From assembly GCA_004764695.1 (NCBI GenBank), contig SMSO01000010.1, forward strand, positions 61,454 through 125,453: DNA of 64,000 nt, given 5' to 3'. This stretch comes from Schizochytrium sp. TIO01 (taxonomy: Eukaryota; Protista; Bigyra: Labyrinthulomycetes). Of this stretch, positions 48,049 to 57,968 are shown piece after piece. The notes below the pieces were generated by a model. That model had not been told where the DNA came from. It saw only the letters and a list, made by a program, of their open reading frames with translations, and did not search any database. Position 1 is the stretch's first letter, and each line of letters begins with the position of its first letter. The position numbers and the translations under genes are program-made.

Positions 48049-51000
48049 ATGGACCGCTTTGAGATATACGATGTCATAGGTCGAGGAGCTTTTGCTGATG
48101 TGGAGCGAGTAAGGCGCAAAGAGGATGGAAGACTGCTGGTGCTGAAGACTCTGAGGGCCGGAGTTCAAGATCTTTCTGATGCTGAGCGCAAAGAAATGAT
48201 AAACGAGGTCAAGCTTCTATCAGAACTCAATCACCCAAACGTAATTCAGTATTTTGGGAGTTTTGTCGAGGAAGGTAGGCAACACATTGTTATGGAGTAT
48301 GCTGCGGGTGGAGCTCTGGCACAAGTCTTGAAGCAATCCAAATCCCTCCTGCCCGAAGATCAGATTTGGGAATGGTTTTCGCAAATATGCATTGCATTAC
48401 GTTATGTTCATAGCTGCAATATATTACACCGCGATATCAAGCCACAAAACATACTTCTATGGGGGCCTGAACGTCGTGTAGTTAAGCTTGCTGACTTTGG
48501 CATTGCGAAGGTCCTCTCTGCACCATCCCATTTAGGTATGCAGCTCGTAGGAACGCCTTATTATTTATCTCCAGAAACTTGTTCTGGTGGGATATACACT
48601 CAGAAAAGTGATGTGTGGGCCCTCGGTTGTGTTTTATACGAAATGGTCTCCCTTAGTCGTCCTTATCAATCCCCAAACCTTGCTCAACTTGCACTCCAAA
48701 TTATCTGCGAAAAACCCCAGCCCTTACCACGAACTACAGCAAGAACATTTTCTGACGCTATCAAAGAGCTCATTGAATTATTATTGCAGAAAGATGCGTC
48801 TGAGCGCCCCGATATGGAGGAGCTTTGTTGTGCTCCGGTAGTGCGTCACAAGATGCAACTCTGGGACGCGTTCCGAGATTCATTGATACATAACGAGGCG
48901 AAAAATGTGCAAGCAGAAGCTGATGCTTATATTTTATATCGAAGGGAGCAAGCGGCTCAAATTACAACAGATAATGTTACTCGTAGTACATCAAACAACA
49001 GTGAACAAGCGTCCTTCACTAATGAAATTCACCCTGAAAGTATTGCTGGTTCGCAAGAAAATCCCAACCAGAATGCTTATGTAACCTCACCACAAAGAAA
49101 ACCACGTGGCGCGAAATCTATGTCAGTTTTAGAGCAAAATGCAGTTTTTCGTAGAGGAAGTGGTAATGCAAGCGTAGTAGAGTCTCTGTCTCCACGTTCA
49201 TGTGTGGAACATGAAGGGAGTATGACAGGTAAAAGCTTTTTCAGTACTGGAAGTCCACGGGCAAGTCTAGTCGGCGCAGTTAGTCATGCTAAACGTAGTA
49301 GCTTAACACCAGGACAACTGGGTACCTTGAATTTTGGTGGCAGCTTTGGGCGCATTCGCTCTTCAACTGGGGTTTTCTCTGGTTCAAGCGATGCACGTGA
49401 CTCAGGAATGTCTTATACTTCAATGTCAGATTCGGAAGCTCGTATCCTCATGTCTCTAATAATCCGTGATGGTGTGCGAGTCTTTCGATGGGGTAATGGG
49501 CAGCGGCGACCAATCCTTGATGCAAATTTGTATAACATGACCTTGCAGCATAGCTTGAATGTTGATCTTATCGCAGGAACTCGTTTCGAAGAATCTGATT
49601 CAGAGCTCGAGCATACTCTTGTGCTGACAGAAGAGGGACAGGTATTTAGCTTCGGTTGCAATAGTTCAGGTCAACTAGGCCTTGGGAACACATCAACAGC
49701 TTCTCATGCTCGTTTGATACTCAGGCATGTCAAGTACTTTGCTGAACGATCTATCTCAATTGCAAGCATTTCCTGTGGATCTGAGTTCTCGGCTGCTGCA
49801 TCACGCGATGGCAAGGTTTATTTGTGGGGGGATTTGGATTCATTAGGCTCACCTAAAGATCTCGAGCTAAAAGTGGAAATGTGCTGCGATCTTGCAGGTC
49901 TTACGCGTCAACATTTTGTAGAAGGTATGTCAGAAACTTCCTCAATTAGTGATAGCGATGCTGATCGAAGTCCATGGACTGGTCAATCTTCATTGGATGA
50001 AATTAAAATCCCTCACAATCGGGAACTTGCGAGAAATAAGCAAGATTCTGGAAGACCAATTGCAACTGAGGAGGAAAATAATCAAGGTGCACGTGTTCAG
50101 GGAACAATGGCAATTAATTGCTCCTCGAAGAAAATGAATCAACCAGATGCTACAGAATGCTCAGACAGTCCAAAAGATAGCACAATATCAACATCATGCG
50201 CAAGCCAGTCAAGTGCAACAGAGGAAGACTATGCAGATGCTTCAGAATGGCCGGCCTGGGCGCAAGAAAGAGCCCAAGATCTACAACAGCAACAACGACA
50301 GCAGCAAGCTATATGTAATCTTCCTCAATCTCACAAAAATAAGGGAGCCAAGAATCGCACAACAGAGCTTGTTGTGGATGTTGGTGAAAGCACGAATGAA
50401 ACCCCTCCCAGTTGGCCTACATGGGCTCAAGAGGCATATAGCCAGCAAATGGTCGCTCAAAACGCTGTCAATGAAACTTCAAGTTCTGCACTCAGAGAAG
50501 ACATTTTGCAAGAGGAAATCGAGGAGGCTCCTGAGAGATGGCCTGCTTGGGCACGCGCGGAATTCAACAGACAAAAGTCCGTGAGATCTTTACTGACCCC
50601 AACACAGAATCCCTTCGCAAGCCCTGCTCATTCCTTAAATGGGACAAACCCTTCGTCTTTATCCTCATCGAATTCTTTAAGTTCGGGCGTGAGATCTCTC
50701 AAGTCCTTTGGTAGTGCTCAGTCACAGGCCGGGTTGTACAATTCAAGTAATTCAATTCCATCCTCAGTATCGTCGTCTGGGAGACCCAAAAGCCCAAACC
50801 CATTTGCGAGCGACAATGTTTTTAGCCTTCCTGATATTGATGAACCTGAGTTGGTACCATCAATGGTTCGTTCGTACGGCCCTTCTTACCTTGATAATGA
50901 TGAAGGCCACGAAGAGGAAGTCAAACTTGATGAAGATGGAGATAAAGATGAAGAATGTCTCGTTCACGCTCGAGGGACTCAGGCGACAGATCTTAACACA

Positions 51001-52884
51001 AATAGAAGCAACTCACAATCTGTGTTGAATGAAGATCAAGACAAGGTGCAAAGTCACACGCTCGTAAGAACTTTGACCCAAAGTATTCAAAATGGTATGT
51101 GGACAGCAAGCCGATCACGTGTGGGTTCTACCAGCTCTGCAGGTAGCAATGAGAGCTGGACAGCAGCTCTGAAACACTCTATGAGTAAGATTCTTTCTAA
51201 ATCAGCTCGTTCTATGCGACGCACGATGTCACGGTCTTCTACTTCCTCTGCTGTTAGCAAAACTCCTCCAGCGGGAGAATGCAACTCTGGTGCTTCGCCG
51301 CCTGTCGACGTTGAAAGTGCTGACCTAAGTCAACTCGATGCTCTACTGGTCGGAGGTGTTTCTAGTACAGTGGAACTTTCGAGTGATACCTCAGCTTCCC
51401 CTCCATCACATAAACCTCACAAGCTAAAAGTAGAGGGATGTTCTACTTCAAATTTTGGTTCTAATACGGCTGCTACTGATGCATCTATTATTAAACAATC
51501 TCCTGTACCAGCAGTTCCTGATGCGGTTCCAGTTCAGGTTGGTAGGCGTGTGCATCTGGTGACACAAAGGGCTGAAGACTGTGGCGTAGTACGCTTTATG
51601 GGTCGCACAGAATTTGCAAAAGGCATATGGGTTGGTGTAGAGCTAGATAATCCAGATGGTAAGAATGACGGATCTGTTCGAGGGAAGCGCTATTTTGCTT
51701 GTGGTAAAAATCATGGAGTATTTGTTCAGCCCAAAAGCTTAATTGTAGTTGTTCCTGGGGTACCTGTTGTTTGGCCCGAATCAAGGTCGTACGCGCCAGC
51801 AATGAAAGTAAAAGTAAAATCAAATCGTCAGTTGCCCTCTGAAGCACCTAGGCGCTCCAACTCGTCACGACATGTAAATTCATTCAATCCTAACTCCCGG
51901 AGTAGCTCTCAGCTTAGGTCATCCGTCAAAATTGAAGAAGCATCACGTGAATTGCAATCGTGGCATTCTTCGTCAGATCAGAGCGAGACATCACCCTCTG
52001 CACCGAGCTCTCGTGAAGCGTCGAGCAGAATTCTAGGTAGCCTTTCGTTGTCTAGTGCAGAAGAAGTTAGCAAGTATCGTTCCACAACAAGCGATGATCT
52101 ACATTACCGAGTTGAGGATCATGTTGCGTCAAGTGATGGATTTGTCAACGAACCGCGCTGGGTTCATTCTCTGGCTACTGTTTTTGCCATTGAAATTGCA
52201 TGTGGTTCGAATTTCGTGTGTGTCTTAAGCCGTGAAGGCCGACTTTTTTCGTGGGGCACAAATGATTTCGGTCAACTTGGACTAAATCATGACGAAGATC
52301 AAAGCCGGCCAGCATTGGTACGACTCGGGCAAGAGGATGTCGTGAAAAGCATTGCTGTAGGCGAGGGTCATGTACTGGCAGTAGCCGGTTCGGGTACATT
52401 ATACGCTTGGGGGCGTGGATGCGAGGGACAACTCGGTTTGGATCGCGATATTCACGACGAGCCTAACAGTACACCGGAGGTGGTTAAACAATTTCCAGGT
52501 AAGGCAACGAACATTGCAGCTGGACGCTATCACAGTGCTGCGGTGACAGACGTTGGAGAGATCTACACTTGGGGTGAAGGCGAGAGTGGTCAACTTGGAC
52601 ATGGGGATCGTGATGCCCGCCGCATACCACATCTTGTGGAGGCCCTTGGTCGAAATGGTGCAGATGTCCAAATAGAGTCAGTTGTCTGTGGAGCCGAACA
52701 TACTGTAGTGCTGACAGACTATCGAGCGGTCTATGCATGGGGAGATGATCAACGTGGATCGGCAGTAAAGCTTTCACCACAATGTATAGACGCCCTTACT
52801 GGTTTTTCTGTACGCGATATATGCTGTGCTAGCTTTCAAACGTTTGCAATATGTCGTACAGAGAATCCGCAGGATGGACTGTAA
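48049..52884 (+). CDS. NIMA-related (NEK8/NEK9-like) Ser/Thr kinase with RCC1 repeats and an inserted CAP-Gly domain (1611 aa)
   Basis: Kinase motifs GRGAF, VLK, HRDIKPQN, DFG, GTPYYLSPE, KSDVWALGC. RCC1 repeats (VFSFGCNSSGQLGLG, LFSWGTNDFGQLGL, LYAWGRGCEGQLGL, IYTWGEGESGQLGHG). CAP-Gly GVVRFMGRTEFAKGIWVGVELDNPDGKNDGSVRGKRYF at ~51532-51741. Confidence 0.93.
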   Translation: MDRFEIYDVIGRGAFADVERVRRKEDGRLLVLKTLRAGVQDLSDAERKEMINEVKLLSELNHPNVIQYFGSFVEEGRQHIVMEYAAGGALAQVLKQSKSLLPEDQIWEWFSQICIALRYVHSCNILHRDIKPQNILLWGPERRVVKLADFGIAKVLSAPSHLGMQLVGTPYYLSPETCSGGIYTQKSDVWALGCVLYEMVSLSRPYQSPNLAQLALQIICEKPQPLPRTTARTFSDAIKELIELLLQKDASERPDMEELCCAPVVRHKMQLWDAFRDSLIHNEAKNVQAEADAYILYRREQAAQITTDNVTRSTSNNSEQASFTNEIHPESIAGSQENPNQNAYVTSPQRKPRGAKSMSVLEQNAVFRRGSGNASVVESLSPRSCVEHEGSMTGKSFFSTGSPRASLVGAVSHAKRSSLTPGQLGTLNFGGSFGRIRSSTGVFSGSSDARDSGMSYTSMSDSEARILMSLIIRDGVRVFRWGNGQRRPILDANLYNMTLQHSLNVDLIAGTRFEESDSELEHTLVLTEEGQVFSFGCNSSGQLGLGNTSTASHARLILRHVKYFAERSISIASISCGSEFSAAASRDGKVYLWGDLDSLGSPKDLELKVEMCCDLAGLTRQHFVEGMSETSSISDSDADRSPWTGQSSLDEIKIPHNRELARNKQDSGRPIATEEENNQGARVQGTMAINCSSKKMNQPDATECSDSPKDSTISTSCASQSSATEEDYADASEWPAWAQERAQDLQQQQRQQQAICNLPQSHKNKGAKNRTTELVVDVGESTNETPPSWPTWAQEAYSQQMVAQNAVNETSSSALREDILQEEIEEAPERWPAWARAEFNRQKSVRSLLTPTQNPFASPAHSLNGTNPSSLSSSNSLSSGVRSLKSFGSAQSQAGLYNSSNSIPSSVSSSGRPKSPNPFASDNVFSLPDIDEPELVPSMVRSYGPSYLDNDEGHEEEVKLDEDGDKDEECLVHARGTQATDLNTNRSNSQSVLNEDQDKVQSHTLVRTLTQSIQNGMWTASRSRVGSTSSAGSNESWTAALKHSMSKILSKSARSMRRTMSRSSTSSAVSKTPPAGECNSGASPPVDVESADLSQLDALLVGGVSSTVELSSDTSASPPSHKPHKLKVEGCSTSNFGSNTAATDASIIKQSPVPAVPDAVPVQVGRRVHLVTQRAEDCGVVRFMGRTEFAKGIWVGVELDNPDGKNDGSVRGKRYFACGKNHGVFVQPKSLIVVVPGVPVVWPESRSYAPAMKVKVKSNRQLPSEAPRRSNSSRHVNSFNPNSRSSSQLRSSVKIEEASRELQSWHSSSDQSETSPSAPSSREASSRILGSLSLSSAEEVSKYRSTTSDDLHYRVEDHVASSDGFVNEPRWVHSLATVFAIEIACGSNFVCVLSREGRLFSWGTNDFGQLGLNHDEDQSRPALVRLGQEDVVKSIAVGEGHVLAVAGSGTLYAWGRGCEGQLGLDRDIHDEPNSTPEVVKQFPGKATNIAAGRYHSAAVTDVGEIYTWGEGESGQLGHGDRDARRIPHLVEALGRNGADVQIESVVCGAEHTVVLTDYRAVYAWGDDQRGSAVKLSPQCIDALTGFSVRDICCASFQTFAICRTENPQDGL

Positions 52885-53327
52885 GGATTTTTCCTCAGGT
52901 TGATATAGAGGTATAAAATTGCAAGAAACGGGTATTTATTCGTTGCTTATGTTGATATAGGAGATTCAAAATAACACTGTTGCTTTATTCATTATGTGCA
53001 TGCTTGCATTAACAAAGCTTGTTCTGCTTTCTACCACTTGTTTTCATCACAATGTATGTTTTCTATCAATCTTTGTTATTTATTAAGAAAGGTAAACGTC
53101 ACCCATCCTGGCATATGACATGGCAAACTTTTGGTTTATTAAATGGAAGTCGGCAGCAGGTGCTGCTTAAAATAAAATCGTGGGCCCGGCAAAGTTAACT
53201 GAATAAAAATCGAATCGTATGCAGTATATCGGAAACGTTTGCATTAGTGTATATATGTATCGTATATGTGTGTGTTTATGGTTTATGAAAATAGGTCCAG
53301 CCCTGCTCTGCTTTAACGATAGTCTTG

Positions 53328-54473
53328 TTATGCATCGAGCCGAATTTTTTTTGCAGGGGGTTCCTCTAGCGTGCTGAGCGAGTCAGCGTCTCCATTGGGA
53401 AGCTCATCAGCGAAGGCATATGGCTGCATAAGCTCGCTTGGCGGATGTAAACCAAGTTTTTCCCAAGTGATGTCGTCTGAGATGGGTTCCATTGCGGGGT
53501 CCAGCCCCATGGTTTCCATAATTTTATGAAGGTTCGGTTTCGGCTCCTTAATTGCTTCAATAATCGGAGATTTAGACTTGCGCGGCACAGTTGTATTGTA
53601 CCTCAGCATCTGCTGCAGCATCCACATTGTACCCCTCTCATGCTGTCCCACAAGTCTGGCTACTCTAGTATAGTCCCTCATAACATCAAATATGGGTAAC
53701 GGTCCATCCATTTTAAACACGCTGGGGTTCGCAAGTGCTCCCCGAGCGATCATTATCCTGTTCGCTCCATACTCTGACCGCAATTTCTCGATATCCTTCG
53801 CTGAATAGACATCTCCATTCGCTAACACAGGCACGTGTACCGCATCCACAACGGCTGAGAGCCTGTCCCAAATAGCAGGCTCTCGAGGTCTGTGGTGCGT
53901 TTCGCGCATGTGAACTCCGATCGCCTGTGCTCCAGCTGCTTCCAGTCGTCTCACCAGCTCGACGGTCTTGGCGTCGTCCTCAAGTAGCCTGATCTTGCAC
54001 GTAACTGTAACATCTTCGCTCAAGTTGCGTCTGAGAGCGCGTAGCATATCTTCTGCAAGCTCAGGTTTACGAAGAAGTGAAGCGCCCATCCCACCTGATA
54101 TAGAGAAGTGCTTTGGACATCCCATATTGATGTCGATGCCGGCGACGTCACGCTGGTAGATCTGGGCAGCGCGGACGACAAGGTCGGCGTCTGCGCTACC
54201 AATCTGCAGAACAACACGCTTATGCTCAAGAGAACATGTGGTAAAAACTGTGGAGTTGTCCTTGGTCCAGAAGTACTCCACGAGGCCGCCCTCATCGCCA
54301 GAGACTTGTCGCCGCTCGGTTTCCACGAGCTTTTTGTCAATGAGCTCCTCGGAGTACACTATGTCAGCGCCGTATGCTAAGCATAGGAGGCGCAAAGGAA
54401 GCTTCCCAGCCCGCACCATTGGTGCGAGAGCCTTTGCACCATCGCGGTACAACCTCTGCACAGCGGAGCTCAT
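53328..54473 (-). CDS. DUS2: tRNA-dihydrouridine(20) synthase, DUS2/SMM1 family (381 aa)
   Basis: LAPMVRAGKLPLRLL, YGADIVYSEELID, LQIGSAD, GIDINMGCPKHFSISGGMGASLL, CKIRLL, ANGD, MIARGA. Start set at first ATG (54473) rather than the TTG at 54539. C-terminal NLS-like PPAKKIRL. Confidence 0.92.
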   Translation of the reverse strand: MSSAVQRLYRDGAKALAPMVRAGKLPLRLLCLAYGADIVYSEELIDKKLVETERRQVSGDEGGLVEYFWTKDNSTVFTTCSLEHKRVVLQIGSADADLVVRAAQIYQRDVAGIDINMGCPKHFSISGGMGASLLRKPELAEDMLRALRRNLSEDVTVTCKIRLLEDDAKTVELVRRLEAAGAQAIGVHMRETHHRPREPAIWDRLSAVVDAVHVPVLANGDVYSAKDIEKLRSEYGANRIMIARGALANPSVFKMDGPLPIFDVMRDYTRVARLVGQHERGTMWMLQQMLRYNTTVPRKSKSPIIEAIKEPKPNLHKIMETMGLDPAMEPISDDITWEKLGLHPPSELMQPYAFADELPNGDADSLSTLEEPPAKKIRLDA

Positions 54474-55547
54474 GCTGTCTTCACGTTGAGCTAAGCATAA
54501 AGCAATTGAATGAACGCGTGAGCCATTTGAGTCAAGCAAGAAACAAATAGAAATATAGTATGAAAGTAGAATTTTTAACCTTATTTCAACTAAATAATAG
54601 TAGGTACCTACCCACCTACTACTAATAGCGCGAAGAGGTAGAAGAGAAGTCAGTCATCACAGAAAGAGTAAAAGAGTAATAGATCTACTAGTCAATTGAT
54701 GTTTTCAATTGCTCTCTTGTTTCTCCAGCCTTGTGTCATGAACTGCTTAGTTGAGGTCAGTTTGAGCACATAAATAGAAGTGAACGAACCGAGTGCTGAA
54801 GGATGTCTTTGATTGCTCCCGTTGACAAGATCTGTACGTATTTGCTCGCCAATTCAATGACTGATCGAGACAATATTAAACTTGTATGTAAAGCAAAAAG
54901 TCTAAATGAATGCGTGGAGGAGTTTGATACGAGTAGGGTAAAGGAAAAGAATTTGCAGTTAAGTTTTTATATGTTAAGGCTATCTATGGCTTTGGTGTTT
55001 AGACAGAGCCATGTAGAGTTTTCATTGTTCTTTTTCACAAGGATAAGACAACTTGAGGGGCTGGATCTGAGCATGCATCATTAGTACCTTTCTCTTTACG
55101 GGTAGCAGATGCAAGGAACTAGTTCCCCGCAGTTTAAAAACACTGTTCTGCAATTTCAAGCGGAAATCAAATACGCAGACAAACTCAAATATGAAACGAT
55201 TATACAATAATAAGACAGATCTGGTTGCTAGAGCAAATGGGACCATAATGATTTCATCGAACCTTATTTGTGTAGCTTCTGCATTTGAGGTAGTACATTA
55301 GAAGGAAAAGAGCAAATTGAGGTTTAAAATATGGAAGAGATCGCGTATGTCAATGCAGCGAAATCAATATTCAATAAGGAAGGAAGAGTAATTTCCTGCT
55401 CAATTTGGAAAATGAAAAGGTCACAGCTTAGATTTGACAGTACCAGGTATTCATGAATAGATTGTTTGATTTATCGGGGTCGCTACAGTTAGGAAGTTCG
55501 CTAGTAAGATAGGTTAGTGTTGTTTTCTGCAAGGTCTCAGCACAGAT

Positions 55548-57968
55548 TTATGCTTGAGAAGACGCAGCTGCCTCTAGATCGGCGTAAACCTGTTGGAGGT
55601 TAGCAAGCTCCTCCTTTATTGCGTCAAGATAAGCAGCTGGGTTGCCGTTTGATTTTGTCTCCAGATCAGCGTTTACCTTGCGCTGCTTATCCATAGCCTT
55701 CTTGAGCTTCTTGCGCTGGGAGTCAGGGATGGGCTTCTCGTCACCAGCAGCCTGAGTAGGAATACCATCTTCATCCCAAGCAGTGTACTCAGCAGTCTTG
55801 AAGATCTCCGCTGCCGGGGTCTGGGCCGCAGTCCATTTGGCGAGCTCCTTCTCCTTTTGATCAACCTTGCCCTGAGCCTTCTTGAGGCGCTCCTCGGCCT
55901 CCTTGGCACGCTTTTGGGCAATCTCACGACGCAAACTCTCAGGGTCCTCAAGGTTCCACTTTGTGCCCTCAGGGCGGTCCTCAAGACGGAGACCAAGATC
56001 CACCAAGGTCTCGTCACGAATAGTATCGCATGCCTGAAGAATGGATCGCAGGGCCGGGTCTGCCTTGTTCTCAGCGCCAAGAGCGAGGTTGCGCACCATT
56101 TCGCGGAAGCTGACCAGAGCTTCAGCAAAGGCATCAACGCCCTGGTTTGCACCAGCATTGTCAGCCACAGTTTCAGAAGCACCAGCGTGGTAGCCAAAGC
56201 CATCGTTACCCTGAACCACACCAAACACCTTGAGGATCTGAGTTACATACACAGCAATACGACGCAGAAGCAGGATTGCAGGGCGCACGTCGGGAAGCTT
56301 AAAGTACTTGTTGCACTCAGTGATAAGGTCAATCATAGCACGCATGGCCTCAACAGTGTTGAAGTTGTCCAGAAGGGAACGGTGCACAGTCTCCTGAGTT
56401 GCAAGGAATGCATCTGCAAGCTCGTGGTCAGTGGCACCCATGCGCCAGCCAACCTCTTCATCAAGGTAGTCAGAGCGCGAGAGGTTCTCGACTTCCTGAA
56501 AGAACGTACGGAAGGCACGCTCCTTCTTGACTGCGTCCTCCATCTTTTGGTCACTGTACGCCATAGGGCTGTCCCATGCTTGGAGAAGAAAGAGAATGCG
56601 AAGTTGGCGCGCAGTGTGGGTAGAAAGGGCCTCGCGAATAGTGACAAAGTTCTTGAGTGACTTGGACATCTTGAGGCCCTTGATGTTAAGGTGGCCAGCG
56701 TGCAAAAAGTATGAGCACCACTGCTGGCAGCCGAAGCAGGCCTCAGACTGAGCAAGCTCGTTGTCGTGATGGGGGAACTTAAGATCCTCACCACCAGCGT
56801 GGATATCGAGGTGCTCACCGAGGATATCGGAAGCGATCACAGAACACTCAATGTGCCAACCAGGGCGACCCATACCCCAGGGCGACTCCCAGGCAGGCTC
56901 ACCCGGCTTGGAGGCCTTCCAAAGCGCAAAGTCGTTACGGTTGCGCTTGGCGAGCGCGTTACTGTCTCCGAGAGCACCCTCGCTCTCGGCGAGCTGAGCG
57001 TCACTTGTGTCTTCCTTAGCCGGCACAAGTTTACGGTAATTATGCTCCTTCTTGTACTCATCAAGGCTAAGGTACACAGACCCCTCAGCCTCGTAGCCGA
57101 TGCCCTTCTCCACAATGCGCTGGATAAAAGCAATAATCTGCGGAATGTACTCTGTAACACGGGTAAGAACATCAGGCTCACGAATGCCGAGAGCAGCCAT
57201 GTCCTCCATGAACTCACGTTCATATTTCCGTGCATGAGCATTAAAGATTTCATGCTCCGTGACCGTAGCTCCCTTCTCCTTGTCGAGCTTCTTCGACAAG
57301 ACCCCGCGAGCAGCCTCTACAAGAGCCTCACGATCGCCAGCCTTGGTAGCCTGGGCAGTCTCAATATCCTCCACTTCCTTTGCAAATCCCTCAATCTTCT
57401 GCAAGTGCATGTTCAGTTGTTCTGTAGCCTCCTCGAGCTCGCGCTTCTTGGACTCTTGTCCTTCGAGCTCCTTGACCTCCTGCTCGAGCTTCTCGCGCTT
57501 GCTGACAAGGTCCTCCTGAGCCTCCTTGGTGGCTTGTGAGACCATTGTGGCAAGTTCTGCAAATGCTACGGATTCATCAGCTTTGAGGTCATCGACAAGC
57601 TTGTTTTGGCGGGCTCTCAAGATGATTTTGTCGTCGATGTCTGTGATGTTGACTTGGTACAACACGTTGTAGCCGAAGTAGTCCGTCATGATGCGGCGCA
57701 GGATATCGAAGGACAGGTATGAGCGAGCATGACCAACGTGGGAGCTGTCATACACCGTGGGACCGCAGGTGTACCACTTGACGGTGCGTCCATTGAGAGG
57801 CACGAACACGTCTTTCCTGCCGGTGAGAGAGTTGTTCATGAGGAGCTTGCCCTCAGCAAGAGGGTCACCTTCCACAGGAAGAGGAGGGTACCATGGGTGC
57901 CGCTGAGCGCCGGCACCGTTGTCTGATGCAAAGGCTGGGCCAAACTGGCCGCGTCCGGAAGTGCTCAT
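55548..57968 (-). CDS. CARS1: Cytosolic cysteinyl-tRNA synthetase (806 aa)
   Basis: WYTCGPTVYDSSHVGHAR (HIGH), NITDIDDKII, DFALWK, GRPGWHIECS, DIHAGGEDLKFPHHDNELAQSEA, KMSKS. Eukaryotic coiled-coil insert and C-terminal WDEDGIPT...RKKLKK extension. Confidence 0.97.
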   Translation of the reverse strand: MSTSGRGQFGPAFASDNGAGAQRHPWYPPLPVEGDPLAEGKLLMNNSLTGRKDVFVPLNGRTVKWYTCGPTVYDSSHVGHARSYLSFDILRRIMTDYFGYNVLYQVNITDIDDKIILRARQNKLVDDLKADESVAFAELATMVSQATKEAQEDLVSKREKLEQEVKELEGQESKKRELEEATEQLNMHLQKIEGFAKEVEDIETAQATKAGDREALVEAARGVLSKKLDKEKGATVTEHEIFNAHARKYEREFMEDMAALGIREPDVLTRVTEYIPQIIAFIQRIVEKGIGYEAEGSVYLSLDEYKKEHNYRKLVPAKEDTSDAQLAESEGALGDSNALAKRNRNDFALWKASKPGEPAWESPWGMGRPGWHIECSVIASDILGEHLDIHAGGEDLKFPHHDNELAQSEACFGCQQWCSYFLHAGHLNIKGLKMSKSLKNFVTIREALSTHTARQLRILFLLQAWDSPMAYSDQKMEDAVKKERAFRTFFQEVENLSRSDYLDEEVGWRMGATDHELADAFLATQETVHRSLLDNFNTVEAMRAMIDLITECNKYFKLPDVRPAILLLRRIAVYVTQILKVFGVVQGNDGFGYHAGASETVADNAGANQGVDAFAEALVSFREMVRNLALGAENKADPALRSILQACDTIRDETLVDLGLRLEDRPEGTKWNLEDPESLRREIAQKRAKEAEERLKKAQGKVDQKEKELAKWTAAQTPAAEIFKTAEYTAWDEDGIPTQAAGDEKPIPDSQRKKLKKAMDKQRKVNADLETKSNGNPAAYLDAIKEELANLQQVYADLEAAASSQA

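Noticed and set aside
55857-57539. 267-aa and 257-aa antisense ORFs over CysRS
   Set aside because: Expected from avoidance of TTA/CTA/TCA codons in a strongly biased gene.
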